NCBI GenBank assembly: GCA_028688055.1
Contig: JAQTYZ010000003.1
Location: 66,752 to 130,751, forward strand
DNA from: Patescibacteria group bacterium
Lineage (GTDB): Bacteria > Patescibacteriota > Patescibacteriia > Buchananbacterales > UBA6539
Direction: 5' to 3'
Length of the DNA stretch: 64,000 nucleotides
Of the stretch, positions 21,836 to 32,103 are shown piece after piece. The stretch's first letter is position 1. Each line of letters starts with the position of its first letter. The translations under genes were made by a program, and so were the position numbers. A model generated the notes under the pieces. The model ran no database searches. It was given only the letters and a program-made list of their open reading frames with translations, and was not told the DNA's origin.

Positions 21836-22390
21836 TTATTTGATTAATTGCAAAATTGAATTTACTACTTCCGGCAGCTCCAAGCAATTATCCTCAGTGG
21901 AAAAATGACCAGCCTGATGCTTGATGATAACCTCGGCGTTAAGCTTTTTTCCAAAAATGTCGGAATATTTTAGGGGGACAAACGGGTCATTGTCAGAAGC
22001 GATGGAAATAAATTTATTCGCTTTATTTTTAAGTACGGAAAAATTAATGGGCGTCGTAAAAAAATTATCTAATTCTTGATAGCCAAGATTGTCAGTAAAT
22101 CCAGCCACCAAAATCACGCCGCCAATTTTTTCGGTAAGCTCAATTTTTTCTAAATATCTTAGAATGGTGATGCAGCCGATACTGTGACCAATAAAAAATA
22201 AATTATGATCAGGCGTTTGGGCCAGTTGGGCGAGAGGTGGTAGCCAGAGTTTAAGTTTTGGTAAATTAGTTTGCGGCAAGGCCGGAACGGCGACTTTAAA
22301 ATTATTTTTTTCTAGCTGCTTTTTAGTCCAAGGATACCAGCAATATTCCGGATTACCATCCCAACAGTGGACAATGACAGCTGTTTTCAT
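21836..22390 (-). CDS. Alpha/beta hydrolase (RBBP9/YdeN-like serine hydrolase)
   Basis: GHSIGC nucleophile elbow, 184 aa. Confidence 0.6.
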   Translation of the reverse strand: MKTAVIVHCWDGNPEYCWYPWTKKQLEKNNFKVAVPALPQTNLPKLKLWLPPLAQLAQTPDHNLFFIGHSIGCITILRYLEKIELTEKIGGVILVAGFTDNLGYQELDNFFTTPINFSVLKNKANKFISIASDNDPFVPLKYSDIFGKKLNAEVIIKHQAGHFSTEDNCLELPEVVNSILQLIK

Positions 22391-22392
22391 AT

Positions 22393-23064
22393 TTAATTAA
22401 CTTTTAAGGTTTGCAAAACTTCATTTAAACGGCTGAAAGCAAAGTCTTTGATAAATGGTGCTATTCTTGGTGGATCGTAAACCTCAGGGTTGGTGCCGAA
22501 CACCAAGACGTCAATTGCGAAGCAAGTATTATTTTTTAGCAGACGGTAAGCGTATACTTCACTGTAATGATTCATGGCGGCATCCGAAAATTGAATCAGG
22601 GTATATTCATTACCGTTGATATTTACCAGCCGCTTATTTGGTGTCAGGTAGTCGGGTTCAGTTAAGCAATTTGCCAATGACTCCGGATTTCGACTAGCCC
22701 CGATTCTTAATTCGCCACTAGTCACGTCGTCGGAATTTGGTACGGTGATATCAATAATTCGGTCACCCGTACTTGTCGCGGCGGTTAGTAAATTCCAATT
22801 ATCAGATAAAAGATAAGATTGACTGAAGCTAGTTTTTGGTTTCATGTCATCAGGGTATTCTAGGGAAAAATTGTAGGTTGAATTGACGTAGGTATTTTTG
22901 AAAGTTGGGACGGTAGTGGTCGCAGTGTTTTCAGTTGGCGACGGCAGTTGACTTGGCGGTTTTGGCTGGTTTGATATAAACCCCAAATAAAAACCAAGCC
23001 CTAAACCAATGAGGAATAAGGCAATAGTAATAATGATAGTATTTTTGAGATGTTGGTAATTCAT
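22393..23064 (-). CDS. Membrane-anchored hypothetical protein
   Basis: N-terminal TM helix, Thr-rich linker, no recognisable motif. Confidence 0.35.
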   Translation of the reverse strand: MNYQHLKNTIIITIALFLIGLGLGFYLGFISNQPKPPSQLPSPTENTATTTVPTFKNTYVNSTYNFSLEYPDDMKPKTSFSQSYLLSDNWNLLTAATSTGDRIIDITVPNSDDVTSGELRIGASRNPESLANCLTEPDYLTPNKRLVNINGNEYTLIQFSDAAMNHYSEVYAYRLLKNNTCFAIDVLVFGTNPEVYDPPRIAPFIKDFAFSRLNEVLQTLKVN

Positions 23065-23097
23065 ATAACTATTTTAGCTTAAATTTTAATGAAATAC

Positions 23098-23126
23098 AAA
23101 AAACCTCGCGGTTGCGAGGTTTTTTG
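23098..23126. terminator. Bidirectional Rho-independent terminator
   Basis: AAAAAACCTCGCGGTTGCGAGGTTTTTTG. Confidence 0.6.
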
Positions 23127-23139
23127 ATACTAAGGAACC

Positions 23140-23345
23140 GGTATCATCTCAGTAAAAGATATGAGACGATTGAAACCATTTTGTCTGATAAATTCGTATA
23201 CTGTCCGACCGACGATGGCGCAACGGCAATCGACGATGGCTACTGAAACAGAATTTATCAGACAACAAAATATCCGATGATAGGATATTTGGGAGCAACA
23301 AGTATACCAATTAAAAAGACTGTGTCAAGGGTCTGTTTTTCAATA
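23140..23345 (+). ncRNA. Candidate small structured RNA
   Basis: Perfect 13-bp inverted repeat GTCTGATAAATTC / GAATTTATCAGAC (23183-23195, 23251-23263) enclosing two CGACGATGGC direct repeats; ends in hairpin plus T-run near 23320-23345. Confidence 0.25.
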
Positions 23346-23362
23346 TTTTTCGAGTTTTTTGG

Positions 23363-24019
23363 TTAAATTTTGAGAAGCTGGCCGTATTGTTTTAGCCATT
23401 GGCGGGCCGCTAAAGCTGGCGGGTATACTAGTTCAACTTGATCCCAAAAGGTTTGGGAATGATTTTTAAATTCAAGATGAGCTAACTCGTGGACAACGAC
23501 ATAGTCAATAATGTTAACGGGAGCCATAATTAGTCGCCAATTAAAATTTAAATTTTTGTCACGGCACGAGCCCCAACGTTTTTGGGCGGTTGAGATTCTT
23601 ATTTTTTTATAACGCAAATTATTTTGGGTGGCATAAAATTCGACGCGCTGAGTAATAATTATTTTGGCTTGTTTTTTATACCAACTTTCAAAGATTGTTT
23701 TGGCTTTATCACGTAATGAGTAAGAGAGATAAAAACCGTGGTCGAAAAAATATTTATTTTTTAGAGTGGTAAAATTTAAATTGTATTCGGTACCGAGATA
23801 TAAAAATTTTTCGTCGGGAATAAATTGTTTAATTTTCGCGGTCGGCCGCGCTTTAACTTTTTCAAAACTGCGATTAATCCATTGTCGCTTTGAATTAACA
23901 ATTGCTTCAATCATAAAAACTGGCATCCGCAGTGGCGCGCGAACGGTTAAGGTTGCATCAGGATCAATGACGAGGGCAACCGTTTTTCTTTTTGAACGGA
24001 TAAGAGTATAGTTTTTCAC
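23363..24019 (-). CDS. DUF45 (YgjP-like) metal-dependent hydrolase
   Basis: HELAHLEFKNHSQTFW zinc-binding HExxH motif. Confidence 0.7.
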   Translation of the reverse strand: MKNYTLIRSKRKTVALVIDPDATLTVRAPLRMPVFMIEAIVNSKRQWINRSFEKVKARPTAKIKQFIPDEKFLYLGTEYNLNFTTLKNKYFFDHGFYLSYSLRDKAKTIFESWYKKQAKIIITQRVEFYATQNNLRYKKIRISTAQKRWGSCRDKNLNFNWRLIMAPVNIIDYVVVHELAHLEFKNHSQTFWDQVELVYPPALAARQWLKQYGQLLKI

Positions 24020-24024
24020 AAGTG

Positions 24025-24552
24025 TCAGATTAAATTATATTCCCAGTAAGGTTGCCATTGGAAAGGTTGAGTTAAGCATTGTTTAATGGTTTTATTTTCT
24101 ACTAAAATATCTAGCGCAAATTGAGTTGCGCGGTGGCCGACAATTAAAATGTTTTGGTCGGGATATTTCTGTTTTAATTCAAGATAAAATTCAATAGTTC
24201 GGTTGATCGCATCATTATAGCTTTCGCCGTTCGGAAACGGTTTGGCAATATATTTAAGTTTTAACGGTTCGACTTGGGATTTTAGTTTTCCATTGTAGTC
24301 GCCGTAATTAAGTTCGCGTAGCCTTTGATCAATTATAATCGGATATGTATCATCAAAGGCAAGCTTGACCGTGTCGAGTGCTCTAGTTAAATCACTACAG
24401 CAAATCATAGTAAAAGACAAATTTTTAAGATTAGTTTTAAGGCGTTTGGCTTGCTCGAGTCCAAGGCTGGAAAGTTTAGCATCTTGCCAGCCCGATGAAA
24501 TATCAGCCTCATTGTCAGTTGTTGTCGCATGGGTAGCGAAATATATTTTCAT
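24025..24552 (-). CDS. Histidine phosphatase family (phosphoglycerate mutase-like) protein
   Basis: N-terminal IYFATHATTTDNE resembles RHG motif region; LIVGHRAT His motif near C-terminus. Confidence 0.5.
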   Translation of the reverse strand: MKIYFATHATTTDNEADISSGWQDAKLSSLGLEQAKRLKTNLKNLSFTMICCSDLTRALDTVKLAFDDTYPIIIDQRLRELNYGDYNGKLKSQVEPLKLKYIAKPFPNGESYNDAINRTIEFYLELKQKYPDQNILIVGHRATQFALDILVENKTIKQCLTQPFQWQPYWEYNLI

Positions 24553-24687
24553 AATTTAATCTTAACAAAATAAAGTCGATTTGGCGATGCTTTCAATAAG
24601 TGATATTGAAAATTAATTGGTGGTATTTTTAAGCACAACAAAACCGCTCAAGCAGTTGGCAACGGAGCGATTTTTTAGGTATTAAAA

Positions 24688-25335
24688 TTAAATGATGTTT
24701 GATTCTTTGAGTTCAAGCTTTAGTTCAGCGAGAAAATCTTTTAAAAACTTCGTGCGGCGCTTGGCCATTTTTTTAGCTGTTGTCGTATGCATCCCTTGCT
24801 CGACAATCAACAGTCGCTGATAAAATAGATCAAGTCCGGAGCGAAACTGAACGGAACCTTTTTGGCAAAATGGATCCGTCGGATCGTAAAATGGCCGATT
24901 CGTTTGGCCGCCGGAGGAAAATGTTCTCATAATTGATATCGCGCCGGTGGCCTCAAGTCGATCAGCATCTTGGAGTATTTTTGACTCCAGCAACTTTGGT
25001 TTAAGGCCTTTGGAAAATGAGCATTCATTAATGCAGACAGCGACGCTTGCTATTTTTTCTTTGGGGTAAGCTTTAATTTTTTTTAAAATATTTTCCGCGA
25101 CGGCCGCACTGGCGCTGCTGGCTTTTTTATTTTTAGGTGAATTTTTTGGATAGACAATGATGTCATGAAATAAAGCCGCCGGGATTAAGATATCCCGATC
25201 AGCTTTCTCTTGTTTGCCAATTAGCTCAGCTAAATTAGTAACACGTAAAATATGCTGCCAGTCGTGTGATGGGTCGGTTTTAATCTGCCGCTCTGCGGCT
25301 AATTTTTTTAATTGGCTTGTTATTTTATTATTCAT
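24688..25335 (-). CDS. HD-domain phosphohydrolase (start moved to internal Met to remove 131-nt overlap)
   Basis: H...HD...D metal-binding motifs (HDWQHILRV, ALFHDI, DADRLEA). Confidence 0.7.
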   Translation of the reverse strand: MNNKITSQLKKLAAERQIKTDPSHDWQHILRVTNLAELIGKQEKADRDILIPAALFHDIIVYPKNSPKNKKASSASAAVAENILKKIKAYPKEKIASVAVCINECSFSKGLKPKLLESKILQDADRLEATGAISIMRTFSSGGQTNRPFYDPTDPFCQKGSVQFRSGLDLFYQRLLIVEQGMHTTTAKKMAKRRTKFLKDFLAELKLELKESNII

Positions 25336-25858
25336 GATTTGATTTGTTAGGGGTTGGATTTTTAAAAGTTTGCCAATTGTCACTGCCGTCGGGCCAACGA
25401 CCGAAAGCAGTATTTTTCGTTTGTGGTTTATAACGGACATAATCAAGTCGGTGGCCATTGACGTCGGTTAGAGCGATGTCGCCGCCATCGTTGGCCAGGC
25501 GAAAATTGGCGTGCAGTATTCCTTGATCGGTTTGTTGGTCGGCCCAGATAATTAAAAAACCTTGCGGCGGGATAGTCGTCGCGGTTGGGTCAGTTTTGGG
25601 AATTTCCCATTTGGTTAATTTTAATTTATTGTCAGACAGAAACATTCCGCCTACATCAACAGCTATACTGTTAGGATTATAAATTTCAAGCCAGTCGTCG
25701 TATTCATTTTTTTCGTCAGCAATTGAATTATTGTTGCTGGCCATAAATTCGTTAATATAAAGTTTAGTCGGTTGCGGTGCGGTTGTCGGTAAATAGCTAC
25801 AACCGGAAATAAAAAAAATTAGTAGCGATAAAGTGACGGTAAGTTTAAGGTTTTCCAT
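25328..25858 (-). CDS. Lamin-tail-domain lipoprotein
   Basis: Lipobox LLIFFISGC; INEFMASNNNS...DWLEIYNP lamin tail domain signature. Confidence 0.6.
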   Translation of the reverse strand: MENLKLTVTLSLLIFFISGCSYLPTTAPQPTKLYINEFMASNNNSIADEKNEYDDWLEIYNPNSIAVDVGGMFLSDNKLKLTKWEIPKTDPTATTIPPQGFLIIWADQQTDQGILHANFRLANDGGDIALTDVNGHRLDYVRYKPQTKNTAFGRWPDGSDNWQTFKNPTPNKSNHE

Positions 25859-25866
25859 ATTGAATA

Positions 25867-26232
25867 CTATTGCTGAATCATTTTTTTACGCGAGCCGATA
25901 ATAAGCGGGATGATAAAAGTCAGAGCATAATATAAATACACATCCAACTTATAATAGCCGTCGGTTGGTTTAAACGCTTTAACAATGAAGAGATAATCAA
26001 GGACAATAGCAATTAATGTCCACACAATGCCCAGTATCAAATAATACTGGAAATAATTTCCTTTTACTTTTTTTAATAATACCCAAAGCGTGATAATTAT
26101 GCCGATCGGCATAATTAACCAGCCAATAGTAGTAGGCGACACAATCGAAAAAAGAATTATGCCAAGCGCGTAGCCTATAAGCCAGAGGATAAAACCCCAG
26201 CCCAGCGTGTCTTTAAGTAATTCTTTGTTCAT
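25867..26232 (-). CDS. Small polytopic membrane protein, unknown function
   Basis: 121 aa, 3-4 TM helices. Confidence 0.4.
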   Translation of the reverse strand: MNKELLKDTLGWGFILWLIGYALGIILFSIVSPTTIGWLIMPIGIIITLWVLLKKVKGNYFQYYLILGIVWTLIAIVLDYLFIVKAFKPTDGYYKLDVYLYYALTFIIPLIIGSRKKMIQQ

Positions 26233-26357
26233 AAATGTTTCAATTATTTTAAAATTATCTTGTTATTTCGACATTCCAGAGTTTGTTCAAGGGGTCTATT
26301 GATAATTTGCCACTATAATCAAATACAATTAGCTATATAGAAATAGCGTAAATAATT

Positions 26358-26849
26358 CTATAACTTTCCTTCTTTTATTAACTCAATTGATGACTTTCCG
26401 GCTTGAACTTTCAAGAATAAATTCCCTGGGTCATTAATGGCGTCCTTGATTCTTTCAACCTGCTTTGGTGAAGTATTAGAAGGTATTTTTTCGATTTCAA
26501 AATACTCAATCTTATCAGCTTCATTATTTAATGTTATTTTTCCGTCGGCCACCCTGCAGATAAATGAAAAAATAATTTCGTTTTTATCTGGTTTGCTATA
26601 AACACCCATTAATTTTGAAACTTCGACTACCAACCCAGTTTCTTCTTTAACTTCTCTTTTTACTCCATCCCAAGGAGCCTCACCCGATTCTAAGGTACCA
26701 CCAGGTAAATTCCACAAATCATAATCTCTTCGATGGCAAAGCAAAACGCGAGATTGTTTATCTAGTATTATTCCGAATGTTCCTACGGTAAATTGTGGTT
26801 TCATAATTTTAGTTTGAATCTCCTTTCGGCTTACGATTCCAATTTTCAA
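26358..26849 (-). CDS. NUDIX hydrolase
   Basis: Nudix box GGTLESGEAPWDGVKREVKEETGL. Confidence 0.8.
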   Translation of the reverse strand: MKIGIVSRKEIQTKIMKPQFTVGTFGIILDKQSRVLLCHRRDYDLWNLPGGTLESGEAPWDGVKREVKEETGLVVEVSKLMGVYSKPDKNEIIFSFICRVADGKITLNNEADKIEYFEIEKIPSNTSPKQVERIKDAINDPGNLFLKVQAGKSSIELIKEGKL

Positions 26850-26955
26850 TTTTAGTGGGACACTCGGGTTAAGTACCCCGAATTTTAAGGTGTTTTGATT
26901 AATTCTGGAGACTCCCTGATTGAGGCACGCGGGTCACGCCGATAAAAAGTTGTCC

Positions 26956-27043
26956 TGGCGGAGAGAGGGGGATTCGAACCCCCGAACCCTTGCGGGTTAC
27001 ACGCTTTCCAAGCGTGCGCACTAGACCACTATGCGATCTCTCC
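26956..27043 (-). tRNA. tRNA-Ser (anticodon GGA), long variable arm, CCA encoded
   Basis: Cloverleaf by eye: acceptor GGAGAGA/TCTCTCC, anticodon loop UUGGAAA, long extra arm, T-loop TTCGAAT. Confidence 0.8.
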
Positions 27044-27046
27044 TTA

Positions 27047-27487
27047 TTATTTTATTTTCTTGTCAATTAATGAAAGAATATCAACCGGATAAAGCGGCGT
27101 ATTTTTTTTAGGGAAGTCACTGATGTTTAGCCAAACGGCGGTGCTCTTTACGCCATTTTCCATAACGGCGATTTTTTTCTGAGCATAAAATTTTTGATCA
27201 ACAAATTGTCCGTCATAAATAAAGACAATCTCATGGCCAGGCTGTCCGTTGTAAGTAAAAATATTTTCAACTAATCCAATTTTTTTTAGCCCCTTGACCT
27301 CGGTGTTAAGCTCCTCTTTAATTTCTCTCACCAAAGCTTCTTGGCTGGTTTCGCCGAATTCAATTCCACCGCCGATTGGTCGGTAGAAGTACTGTTTCTT
27401 ACTTTCATCATAGCCTCTCGTCGCTAGAATTTTACCGTGGTGATAAAATATGCAAATTGCAATTGGTCGAGTTATTTTTTTTATCAT
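27047..27487 (-). CDS. NUDIX hydrolase
   Basis: GGGIEFGETSQEALVREIKEELN Nudix box. Confidence 0.8.
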   Translation of the reverse strand: MIKKITRPIAICIFYHHGKILATRGYDESKKQYFYRPIGGGIEFGETSQEALVREIKEELNTEVKGLKKIGLVENIFTYNGQPGHEIVFIYDGQFVDQKFYAQKKIAVMENGVKSTAVWLNISDFPKKNTPLYPVDILSLIDKKIK

Positions 27488-27559
27488 AAATATTTTTTTG
27501 TCAGGCGAGGTCTAGGTTACAAAACAGATAAGTTGGATTTTTATCTCGAATATAGCTAA

Positions 27560-28168
27560 TTAGGAATCTTTCACGACCCCTGTTTTAATTAAAGCTTGGT
27601 AATGCTCTAGCTTAACTCTTTTAAGATACTCAATAATTTTTCCTCGAACAGTGGCGATTTTTAGATTATTTTCCTTAGCAAAAGCTACTATTTTATTTAT
27701 CGCTTCTTTAATTTCAGATTTTTTATTGACCATGAGTTCAATTTCTCCAATTGCATAAGTAAATTCTTGAAAATCAACAACATCTAAATCAATAATAAAC
27801 AGTCCCTTTTTATACTTACTTCGTGTAGTTTTGCAGATACAGAATGAAGCATAATCATTTTCCTTTAAATTATCAGCCAAGCTTTTGTCAGTATCGAAAT
27901 TTAGTGCCTCTTTTATTTCTGATTCATTTTCCAACTCGTTGTATTGATCTACCAACCGTTCTACACCTGAATGTAGTGGAAGTTTTAGTTCGAATCTACC
28001 TTCACGGGAGCGGAGCCATTTATCTTGGGAAGTAAGAGTAAATTCTTTTGTATCATAGTAGATATCTGTAAATATTTTTTTATTTAAAAATTCAGCGCCG
28101 TTAGTAAGACGATTCTTATTGTTTTCATCAAGAATAAATTTCTTTTCAACTTCAATCATTTGGTCCAA
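27560..28168 (-). CDS. CYTH-domain protein (triphosphate tunnel metalloenzyme)
   Basis: N-terminal EVEKKF(I) motif, 202 aa. Confidence 0.6.
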   Translation of the reverse strand: MDQMIEVEKKFILDENNKNRLTNGAEFLNKKIFTDIYYDTKEFTLTSQDKWLRSREGRFELKLPLHSGVERLVDQYNELENESEIKEALNFDTDKSLADNLKENDYASFCICKTTRSKYKKGLFIIDLDVVDFQEFTYAIGEIELMVNKKSEIKEAINKIVAFAKENNLKIATVRGKIIEYLKRVKLEHYQALIKTGVVKDS

Positions 28169-28226
28169 ACCCCTACTTTTTTGTTGATTATCTAAGCATC
28201 ACCTACGGTGGTGCTCAAATAACCAA

Positions 28227-28313
28227 CGGAGAGGGTGGGATTCGAACCCACGGTGACATTGCTGCCACGACAGTTTTCAAGACTGTTCCTTTAGACCACT
28301 CAGGCACCTCTCC
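28227..28313 (-). tRNA. tRNA-Ser (anticodon TGA), long variable arm, CCA not encoded
   Basis: Acceptor GGAGAGG/CCTCTCC, anticodon loop CUUGAAA, long extra arm, T-loop TTCGAAT. Confidence 0.8.
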
Positions 28314-28436
28314 ACTCTATTGTCGAAATCATTAACTATCATATTAAAGCAGAAAAAAACGTCTTAGTCAATTTTCTTGCCTTAATTAAGCCAAGTAGAG
28401 TAAAATGAAAAGGCTTTAGAATTTATCCTTATTATA

Positions 28437-30230
28437 ATGGCCGGTCAAATTGACGATATTAAAGCCCGAGTCGACATTGTCGATTTGGTTTCGGAATATA
28501 TCAGATTAAAACAAACGGGTACCAATTGGCGCGCGCTGTGTCCTTTTCATAATGAAAAATCGCCGTCGTTTATGGTCTCGCGCGATAAGCAGATTTGGCA
28601 CTGCTTCGGCTGCAATGAGGGGGGCGATATTTTTACCTTTGTGCAGAAGATGGACAATATCGAATTTCCTGAAGCGTTGCGGTTACTAGCCCAAAAGGCC
28701 GGGGTGAAATTAATCGATCAGGATCCGAAAATGTCGAGCCAAAGAAATCGATTAATGGATAGCTTAGTTTTGACAACTAAATTTTGGCACCAAAATTTAG
28801 TTGAAGCAGCGGCCGGACAAAAAGCGCGCGACTATTTGGCGAAGCGGGGCGTGAGCGAAAAAATGATTGAAGAATTTAAATTAGGTTACGCGCCGGACAG
28901 CTGGGATAATTTAATCAAATTTTTAAAAAGTCAAAAATATTCCGACCAGGAAATTTTTCTCGCGGGTTTGTCAGTTAAAAAAGATCGCGGTATTGATTTT
29001 TATGATCGCTTTCGCGATCGGCTAATGTTTCCCATTAATGATTTCCACGGCAATCCGATTGGCTTTTCCGGTCGAACTTTGAAAGCCGACGAAGTCGGCG
29101 GTAAATATATTAACACGCCGCAAACTTTAGTTTACAATAAAAGTTTAGCGATTTTTAATTTAGACAAGGCCAAACAAGAAATTAAAAAGAAGAATTATGC
29201 TATTTTGGTTGAGGGGCAAATGGATGTGTTGGCGGTTTTTGCCGCCGGTTACGAAAATGTGATTGCGTCTTCAGGAACCGCTCTAAGTTTGGATCAACTT
29301 AAAATTTTAAAACGCTACACCAATAATTTGGCAATCTCGTTTGATACTGATGCCGCCGGTCAATCGGCGGCGAAACGTGGGATTGATTTGGCGCTGGGCG
29401 AAGAAGTTAATGTTAAAGTAATTGTCGTGCCCGGTGGCAAAGACCCGGATGAATGTATTCGCCATAATATTAATGATTGGCACAGTGCGGTCAAAAACGC
29501 TAAATCAATTATGGAATATTATTTTGATGAAACTTTTAAAAAATATGATTTAAAACAAGTTGAAGGGAAGAAAGCGGCCGCTAAAATTTTACTAACCGCC
29601 ATTTCTAAGCTGGGCAATAAAATTGAGCAGACACATTGGCTGCAGCAGCTTTCGGAAGCCATTAATGTGCCAGTTGATATCTTGCGCGAGTCGCTCAATC
29701 AAGGCGAAGCAAAACCGGCCGCGCCGTCAAATGTCGGCGTGAAGCTAAAGGTAGCCCAGCCGCGTAGTCTTAACGAAATGATGGCGGAGCAGATTTTGGC
29801 CATTGGTTTAAAGTATCCCGATAATCTGCCTTATATTATTGATAATCTGCCAGTTGATCTAATCACTGATGAAAGCTTAAAACAGCTTTACAAACAATTA
29901 ATAGTTTATTATACTAAAAACATTAGCGGAGAAATTAATTCTTTTAATTATCCCGAATTCAGCATACAACTTAAGGCGGATAATTTCAGTCAATTAGCCG
30001 ATAAGCTGGTTCTTCTAGCCGAGAAGGATTTTTTTGATTTTGAACCGCAGGTCGTAGGAGTTGAGCTAATAAAAATAGTTACATCACTTAAGCGCGCTTA
30101 TTATCAAAGTCAGCTTAAGGATATTGAACAACGGATTAAGCAAGAAGAAAAAAATAAGCAGTCAGGCGAGATTGAAAATTTAAACGACGAATTTAATAAA
30201 ATTATTAGTCAATTACAGAATTTAGAATAA
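28437..30230 (+). CDS. dnaG: DNA primase DnaG
   Basis: Zinc ribbon [11 protein letters not shown]...[24 protein letters not shown]; followed by rpoD. Confidence 0.9.
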   Translation: MAGQIDDIKARVDIVDLVSEYIRLKQTGTNWRALCPFHNEKSPSFMVSRDKQIWHCFGCNEGGDIFTFVQKMDNIEFPEALRLLAQKAGVKLIDQDPKMSSQRNRLMDSLVLTTKFWHQNLVEAAAGQKARDYLAKRGVSEKMIEEFKLGYAPDSWDNLIKFLKSQKYSDQEIFLAGLSVKKDRGIDFYDRFRDRLMFPINDFHGNPIGFSGRTLKADEVGGKYINTPQTLVYNKSLAIFNLDKAKQEIKKKNYAILVEGQMDVLAVFAAGYENVIASSGTALSLDQLKILKRYTNNLAISFDTDAAGQSAAKRGIDLALGEEVNVKVIVVPGGKDPDECIRHNINDWHSAVKNAKSIMEYYFDETFKKYDLKQVEGKKAAAKILLTAISKLGNKIEQTHWLQQLSEAINVPVDILRESLNQGEAKPAAPSNVGVKLKVAQPRSLNEMMAEQILAIGLKYPDNLPYIIDNLPVDLITDESLKQLYKQLIVYYTKNISGEINSFNYPEFSIQLKADNFSQLADKLVLLAEKDFFDFEPQVVGVELIKIVTSLKRAYYQSQLKDIEQRIKQEEKNKQSGEIENLNDEFNKIISQLQNLE

Positions 30231-30235
30231 TTATA

Positions 30236-31456
30236 ATGCCCAAGACTAAAAAAGTAGTTTCAAAAAAACCGGTCAAGAAAAAAGTTAGCAAGAAAAAACC
30301 GGTTAAAAAAGCCGCCAAACAGAAAGTCGCCAAGGCGACCAAGGCCACTAGGATGTCGAAGACGAAAGTGATCGCTAATTTTGAATTGATTAAACGGCTT
30401 TTAAATAAGGGTCGGACCCGTGGGTTTATTACGGAAACTGAAATTTTACATACTTTTCCGGAAGTTGAAGATTATTTGGAGGAGTATGAAAAGTTTTTGG
30501 GCAGGTTGGATCAGCTTGGATTGAATATCGTGGAAAGTGATGCTGGTTACTTAGGAACAACCGAGCGGCGGATGGAGGCATTGGATAAATCAGGCTTAGG
30601 CAAAAAAAATAAAAAAATTGATATTTCTGATATTTCCGCTGATTCAATTCAGATGTATCTGCGTGAAATCGGCAAAGTGCCATTGTTAAAATCAGAAGAA
30701 GAAATTTCTTTGGCCAAGAAATCGGAACACGGTGACAAGGAAGCCAAGAAGCGGTTAATCGAAGCCAACTTGCGGCTAGTCGTTTCGATTGCCAAGCGAT
30801 TCACTGGCAAAAGTTTGTCGTTACTTGATTTGATCCAGGAAGGTAATATCGGTTTGTTCCGCGCCGTCGAGAAATTTGATTATCGTCGTGGGTATAAATT
30901 TTCCACCTATGCAACTTGGTGGATTCGTCAAGCCATTACCCGAGCGTTAGCCGATCAGTCGCGAACGATTCGGATTCCGGTGCACATGGTTGAAACAATT
31001 AATAAATTTAAGCAAGCCGAGCGTCAACTGATTCAGGACTTGGGTCGTGAACCGTTGCCGGAAGAAATTGCCGCCGAAATGGGCGAACCGCTTGACAAAG
31101 TTCTTCATATCATTAAAATAAGTCAAGATACTATTTCGATTGAAACCTCGGTCGGCGAAGACGACGAGGACAGTACGCTGGAAGATTTTATTGAGGATGT
31201 TAGAACCGTCACCCCTGATCGGGCGGCGGCTTTGCAGTTATTGCGTGATTATGTCAATGAAATTATTAAGGATTTGACGCCCCGGGAGCAAAAGATTTTG
31301 GAAATGCGGTTTGGTCTTAAAGATGGCGTCGCCCATACGCTGGAGGAAGTCGGACAGGAATTTGATGTTACCAGAGAGCGCATCAGACAAATTGAAGCCA
31401 AAGCTTTAGAAAAAATTGAAAAACATAGTTTGATTGAGAAGTTAAGGGACTATTAG
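30236..31456 (+). CDS. rpoD: RNA polymerase sigma-70 factor RpoD with Lys-rich N-terminal tail
   Basis: Regions 1.2-4 including [13 protein letters not shown] (region 2.4) and region 4 HTH. Confidence 0.95.
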   Translation: MPKTKKVVSKKPVKKKVSKKKPVKKAAKQKVAKATKATRMSKTKVIANFELIKRLLNKGRTRGFITETEILHTFPEVEDYLEEYEKFLGRLDQLGLNIVESDAGYLGTTERRMEALDKSGLGKKNKKIDISDISADSIQMYLREIGKVPLLKSEEEISLAKKSEHGDKEAKKRLIEANLRLVVSIAKRFTGKSLSLLDLIQEGNIGLFRAVEKFDYRRGYKFSTYATWWIRQAITRALADQSRTIRIPVHMVETINKFKQAERQLIQDLGREPLPEEIAAEMGEPLDKVLHIIKISQDTISIETSVGEDDEDSTLEDFIEDVRTVTPDRAAALQLLRDYVNEIIKDLTPREQKILEMRFGLKDGVAHTLEEVGQEFDVTRERIRQIEAKALEKIEKHSLIEKLRDY

Positions 31457-31486
31457 AAAATTAGTTTAAGATTAGGAGAGTTAAGC

Positions 31487-31540
31487 TCCGAGGTAGCTCA
31501 ACGGTAGAGTCCCGCCACGGCGGGATTAATCCATTGGTCC
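31487..31540 (+). pseudogene. Degenerate 5' fragment of tRNA-Asn (acceptor and D-arm intact, anticodon stem replaced by a GC mini-hairpin)
   Basis: TCCGAGGTAGCTCAACGGTAGAG is identical to the intact tRNA-Asn at 31807; it is followed by TCCCGCCACGGCGGGA and TTAATCCATTGGTCC. Confidence 0.5.
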
Positions 31541-31548
31541 TTGATTAT

Positions 31549-31794
31549 ATGAACTATTTCGTTTATATTATTAAGAATCAACAAGGCGCAATTTATATCG
31601 GTCAGACAAAGAATATTTTTGTCAGACTGAAGGTTCACAATTCGAACGAGGTTTTTTCAACGAAAAATCAAGGTCCCTGGAAACTTATTTATTTTGAAGA
31701 GTTCACATCTCGATCAGACGCCATGGCACGAGAAAAGCAGTTAAAAAGTTTTAAGGGTGGTAATGCTCTAAAAAAATTAATTGATAAAGTTTAA
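31549..31794 (+). CDS. Small GIY-YIG nuclease family protein (YhbQ/UPF0213-like); ATG 31549 preferred over the TTG at 31534
   Basis: YFVYIIKN...AIYIGQT (GIY/YIG), conserved Arg and EKQLK helix; 81 aa. Confidence 0.75.
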   Translation: MNYFVYIIKNQQGAIYIGQTKNIFVRLKVHNSNEVFSTKNQGPWKLIYFEEFTSRSDAMAREKQLKSFKGGNALKKLIDKV

Positions 31795-31806
31795 GGAGAG
31801 TTAAGC

Positions 31807-31878
31807 TCCGAGGTAGCTCAACGGTAGAGCAGTGGACTGTTAATCCATTGGTTCCGGGTTCGAATCCCGGCCTCGGAG
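31807..31878 (+). tRNA. tRNA-Asn (anticodon GTT), intronless
   Basis: U1:A72 and G73 as in bacterial tRNA-Asn; D-loop AACGGTA, anticodon loop CUGUUAA, T-loop TTCGAAT; 72 nt. Confidence 0.8.
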
Positions 31879-32103
31879 GAGGCTGGACGCGTTCCCGGAG
31901 ACCGGTTTGAGGCAGTCAACTTAGCCAAAAATAGTAGTCGTCAGTTTGTGTCCAATCCTAGGTGAGAAATCAGTTTAGAACCAGATAGCAAATTAGAGTC
32001 CAGTGATTAGGTAATACATAAGTGTTCTCGGCGACTGGCTCCGCCGATCAAAGGCTTGAAAATTTAAAACTGAATATTTATACTTCAAAAAAGAGTCATG
32101 TGC

